This document shows, piece after piece, positions 23,418-26,620 of a DNA stretch of 26,620 bases. The notes under the pieces were generated by a model that searched no databases, was not told the DNA's origin, and saw only the letters and a program-made list of their open reading frames with translations. Made by a program: the position numbers and the translations under genes. The stretch comes from a virus (taxonomy: Duplodnaviria; Caudoviricetes): the IMG/VR virus record IMGVR_UViG_3300037424_001953, positions 1-26,620 of that record, one strand, 5' to 3'. Within the stretch, counting starts at the first letter, position 1. Each line of letters begins with the position of its first letter.

Positions 23418-25877
23418 ATGGCTAAAATACCTAATCTTAATTTAATATCTCAGGAAGTAAAAGATAAATATAGCATTGTAAACAATGCTCTTGTTAGAAG
23501 TATCATAAAAAATCCTGAACTTGACCAAATTGGTGAACCTAAAGACGAGATAAATATAGAAGTGGGAGATACCAAACAAACCGACTTTCTCCCACAGGTA
23601 AAGTTGATGCGGTTTTCAAACGAAGTCAACTTCTCTATCCGCTTAAAAGATGAGGACACTATAAACACCGCCACAGTTTCAACCGATAAAGATAAAATCA
23701 TTTGGGAGAAAGGAAATATTAAAGCCGAATTTTATGACTTTACAGAAGATGAGGGTGGCTATAAGTTTGTTCCTTACTTCAAAGAGAAACCTGCAACAAA
23801 TAAGATAATATTTTCTGTAAATAGAAAAGGGTTGGATTTTTTCAAACAACCTGCAATGACCGAAGAGCATTTGGAAGAAGGTCAGACTGCAGACGAAACG
23901 CATATCTACGATAGCGAGGGAAATGTAGTCGCAGAACGTCCTATAAATGTAATAAATTCTTTTGCTATCTACCATTCTACTAAAGGAGGGATGAACGATA
24001 GTGCTGGTAAAGATTACAAAACAGGAAAATTTGCTCACGATTTTAGACCTCATTTTTTTGATATAAATGGTTTAGAAGCGTGGGGCGATATAGATTATAT
24101 TTGGAATGGAGATATAGGAGAAAGAATTGTAACTATCCCACAGGACTTTTTAGACAAAGCAGTTTATCCGATTAAGAGTAATGATACTTTTGGATATACT
24201 ACACAAGGTGCTTCAAGTAGTAATCATCCTGCATATAGGATAGTAGGTAGCACCTTTACAGGAGCAGTTGGAACAGGAACAAGTATGAGTGCTTATTTGA
24301 AACTTGGAGGAAGTGGTAGTGAAACCGCAAATTTTGCCATTTATACAAGAAGTGTAAATACTGGAACTTTAATTAAGGGAACGACCGCATTTACAGTTGA
24401 TTCAACCTCATACTCACTTAAAACTTCAAATTTTACTTCTGCACCGACTTTTTCAGCAATAACTTATCACTTAACAGTCGCTCAAGGAGATACTCCTTTT
24501 TCTCAAGAAGTAAATTGTGCTTACGACAGTGGTGGTAATTTGTGGGGAACAGAAGGAAATGATTATAAAAACAATAGTAATAGTTTTCCATCGTCAATAA
24601 CTTATTTTACTGACTTAGATGGCTCAACTGAAAAATACTCCATCTACGCCACCTATACAGCAGGGGGGGGAACAACCTCCACATCCACTTCTTCTTCATC
24701 TTCAACTTCTTCCTCTTCCACCTCAACTAGTACTAGTACAAGTACCTCTACCTCTTCCTCTTCTACTTCATCAACCACAACAGGTGCACCTACCACTTCT
24801 ACTACTTCCAGCACAACTAGTTCCACAACAACTTCAACATCTACTACTTCAAGTACAACTAGTTCAACTACTACTAGTACTTCCACTACCAGTAGTAGTA
24901 CAACTTCAAGTACAACAAGTAGTACCACAACCTCAACTACCTCTACTACTTCCACTTCAACTAGTACTTCAACTTCAAGCACATCTACTACAACAACCAG
25001 TACTACTTCTACAACCAGTACTAGTACTTCTACATCTACTTCAACTTCAAGTTCAACTACAACACAATTTGTTCCAGAACCAACATCAAGTTCATCAACT
25101 TCTACCACAACTTCTTCCACCACTAGTAGTTCAACATCTAGTACTAGTACCACAACTTCAAGCACTACTACATCTAGTACTACAACAAGTTCCACTACCA
25201 CTTCTTCTACTTCAAGTAGTTCAACCTCTACTTCTACATCAACCAGTTCAACAACTACAACTAGCACCTCATCTTCTTCTACTTCCACCTCTACTACTAC
25301 TTCCAGTACAACTACATCTAGCACAACAACAAGTTCAACTTCTACTAGTACTTCAACCACGACCACTTCTTCATCAACAACCAGTACCGTAACTTCTTCT
25401 AGTTCAAGCACATCAACTTCCACATCTACTTCCAGCTCATCTACAACAACAAGTAGTTCATCATCTACCTCAACTTCTACCAGTACTTCTACTAGTACCT
25501 CCTCAACTACTACAATGTTTGGTAGTACAACAACTACTTCAACTTCCACTAGTACCACAACTAGCACTAGCAGTTCTTCCACGACAACTAGTAGTACAAC
25601 TAGCTCTTCAACTACAACTTCTTCAACCACTTCTTCATCTACCACTACCAGTTCCACAACCACTACTTCATCTACAACCAGTTCATCAACTACTACTAGT
25701 AGTACAACTACAAGCACTTCTACCACGACTAGTACTTCAACCACTTCCTCATCCTCTACAACTACTCAATTTCCGTTTATAATTCCAGAATTGGAAATAA
25801 AGGTCGTAACACCAATTCTTGAAATTACAGATAATGACCCAGAATTGGAAATAAATTCAATAACTTTAGATAAATGA
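23418..25877 (+). CDS. Large putative virion protein with a 365-aa mucin-like Ser/Thr tract
   Basis: Globular N-terminal region, beta-rich G/S/T/Y domain, S/T tract 24672-25766, short acidic C-terminal tail. Confidence 0.85.
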   Translation: MAKIPNLNLISQEVKDKYSIVNNALVRSIIKNPELDQIGEPKDEINIEVGDTKQTDFLPQVKLMRFSNEVNFSIRLKDEDTINTATVSTDKDKIIWEKGNIKAEFYDFTEDEGGYKFVPYFKEKPATNKIIFSVNRKGLDFFKQPAMTEEHLEEGQTADETHIYDSEGNVVAERPINVINSFAIYHSTKGGMNDSAGKDYKTGKFAHDFRPHFFDINGLEAWGDIDYIWNGDIGERIVTIPQDFLDKAVYPIKSNDTFGYTTQGASSSNHPAYRIVGSTFTGAVGTGTSMSAYLKLGGSGSETANFAIYTRSVNTGTLIKGTTAFTVDSTSYSLKTSNFTSAPTFSAITYHLTVAQGDTPFSQEVNCAYDSGGNLWGTEGNDYKNNSNSFPSSITYFTDLDGSTEKYSIYATYTAGGGTTSTSTSSSSSTSSSSTSTSTSTSTSTSSSSTSSTTTGAPTTSTTSSTTSSTTTSTSTTSSTTSSTTTSTSTTSSSTTSSTTSSTTTSTTSTTSTSTSTSTSSTSTTTTSTTSTTSTSTSTSTSTSSSTTTQFVPEPTSSSSTSTTTSSTTSSSTSSTSTTTSSTTTSSTTTSSTTTSSTSSSSTSTSTSTSSTTTTSTSSSSTSTSTTTSSTTTSSTTTSSTSTSTSTTTTSSSTTSTVTSSSSSTSTSTSTSSSSTTTSSSSSTSTSTSTSTSTSSTTTMFGSTTTTSTSTSTTTSTSSSSTTTSSTTSSSTTTSSTTSSSTTTSSTTTTSSTTSSSTTTSSTTTSTSTTTSTSTTSSSSTTTQFPFIIPELEIKVVTPILEITDNDPELEINSITLDK

Positions 25878-25878
25878 A

Positions 25879-26052
25879 ATGGCACTTACAGATAAAACAA
25901 AAAAATGCAAAGTTTGTCAGAAAGAATTTCCTGAATTAAGATATGAGGTTAATAATGGCATTACTCTTTGCCAGCACCATCATCCTAGGAAAAAGGAAGA
26001 TGTCGCAAAGTTGTCACCATACTTTCAAAATTTGGTGGCTTCATTAGACTAA
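25879..26052 (+). pseudogene. Internally deleted HNH endonuclease remnant (57 aa)
   Basis: MALTD-KTKKCKVCQKEF-PELRYEVNNGITLCQHHH; the second half matches PELRFEIGNGVTLCKICH of the 22706 HNH; the catalytic HH segment is missing. Confidence 0.75.
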
Positions 26053-26053
26053 A

Positions 26054-26620
26054 ATCGCACTCATAGATAACATAATCTCATATTACAGCTTTGATGCCAG
26101 CACTCCTGCTGATGATGCTGGTGCTAATGAGGGCACAAATGTTGGTTCACCAACTTACTCATCAGGAAATGGAATAATAAATGTTGGCATGGGAGTTGCT
26201 GGAACTGCTTGGGTAACAATGGTCAATGACGCCAGTTTAAGACCCGCTGGCAAGTATTCTATAAATGTTTGGATTAAAACCACAACTGCCGGTTACGGTG
26301 CATTTTTCTTTATTATGAATTACATTACAGGGCCAGATAGGTTTTATGGTCCTGGACTATATATAGGTGATAACCATAAAGCTGTATTTGTTCATGGTCT
26401 TGGAACAGCAACAAGCAATGAACTTAATGGTGCTACCAGCATCAATGATGGAAACTGGCATATGGTAACGGCAGTTTATAATCAGACAACTATGCGAATT
26501 TACCTTGATGGTAATTCTACCCCTGATGCTTCTCAGGCCATGACGAGTAATGCTGTTTATACTACAAACCATTATCCTTATATTGGTGCAAGATTTTTAA
26601 CAGGTATTGGTTCGGTTGAT
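26054..26620 (+). CDS. LamG / concanavalin-like domain protein, partial, no canonical start at the expected position
   Basis: Open frame (I)ALIDNIISYYSFD...YSINVWIKT...INDGNWHMVTAVY...MRIYLDG...YIGAR to the window end; first ATG only at 26189. Confidence 0.8.
   Translation, partial: MALIDNIISYYSFDASTPADDAGANEGTNVGSPTYSSGNGIINVGMGVAGTAWVTMVNDASLRPAGKYSINVWIKTTTAGYGAFFFIMNYITGPDRFYGPGLYIGDNHKAVFVHGLGTATSNELNGATSINDGNWHMVTAVYNQTTMRIYLDGNSTPDASQAMTSNAVYTTNHYPYIGARFLTGIGSVD

Noticed and set aside
24653-25744. 363-aa minus-strand V/E/L/D ORF and the many ACTAGT/AGTACT palindromes
   Set aside because: Both follow automatically from Thr/Ser codons (ACT AGT); no independent evidence of function.
24619-25782. 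+1-frame L/Q/P ORFs as independent genes
   Set aside because: Alternative-frame by-products of the S/T tract; only relevant if the G8 tract slips.
4628-25877. Alternative genetic code (TGA or TAG recoding)
   Set aside because: Genes are full-length under code 11, and TGA/TAG terminate genes at sensible positions, including ATGA overlaps.

Overview
AT-rich segment of a tailed dsDNA phage or prophage (Caudoviricetes-like, standard genetic code). 1-3300 holds small leftward genes and structured non-coding DNA. From 3500 the head module runs rightward: TerS, intein-split TerL, portal, scaffold, major capsid and a putative decoration protein. A 12-gene glycan synthesis/modification operon (13037-22686) follows: 3 GT2 glycosyltransferases, 5 methyltransferases, an NDP-sugar dehydrogenase, an epimerase, a deacetylase and an AsnB-type synthetase domain. 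This operon is bracketed by two genes with near-pure Ser/Thr (mucin-like) tracts. Two candidates stand out. (1) A phage-encoded 'mucin plus glycosylation machinery' that may build a methylated O-glycan coat on the virion. (2) A TerL intein whose central region is an intact HNH endonuclease gene on the OPPOSITE strand, with its own promoter, while the sense frame stays open. Three further homing-endonuclease insertions show an antisense overlap or duplicated gene ends; one leaves a LamG gene without an ATG. All product calls come from motif recognition by eye; no database searches were run.
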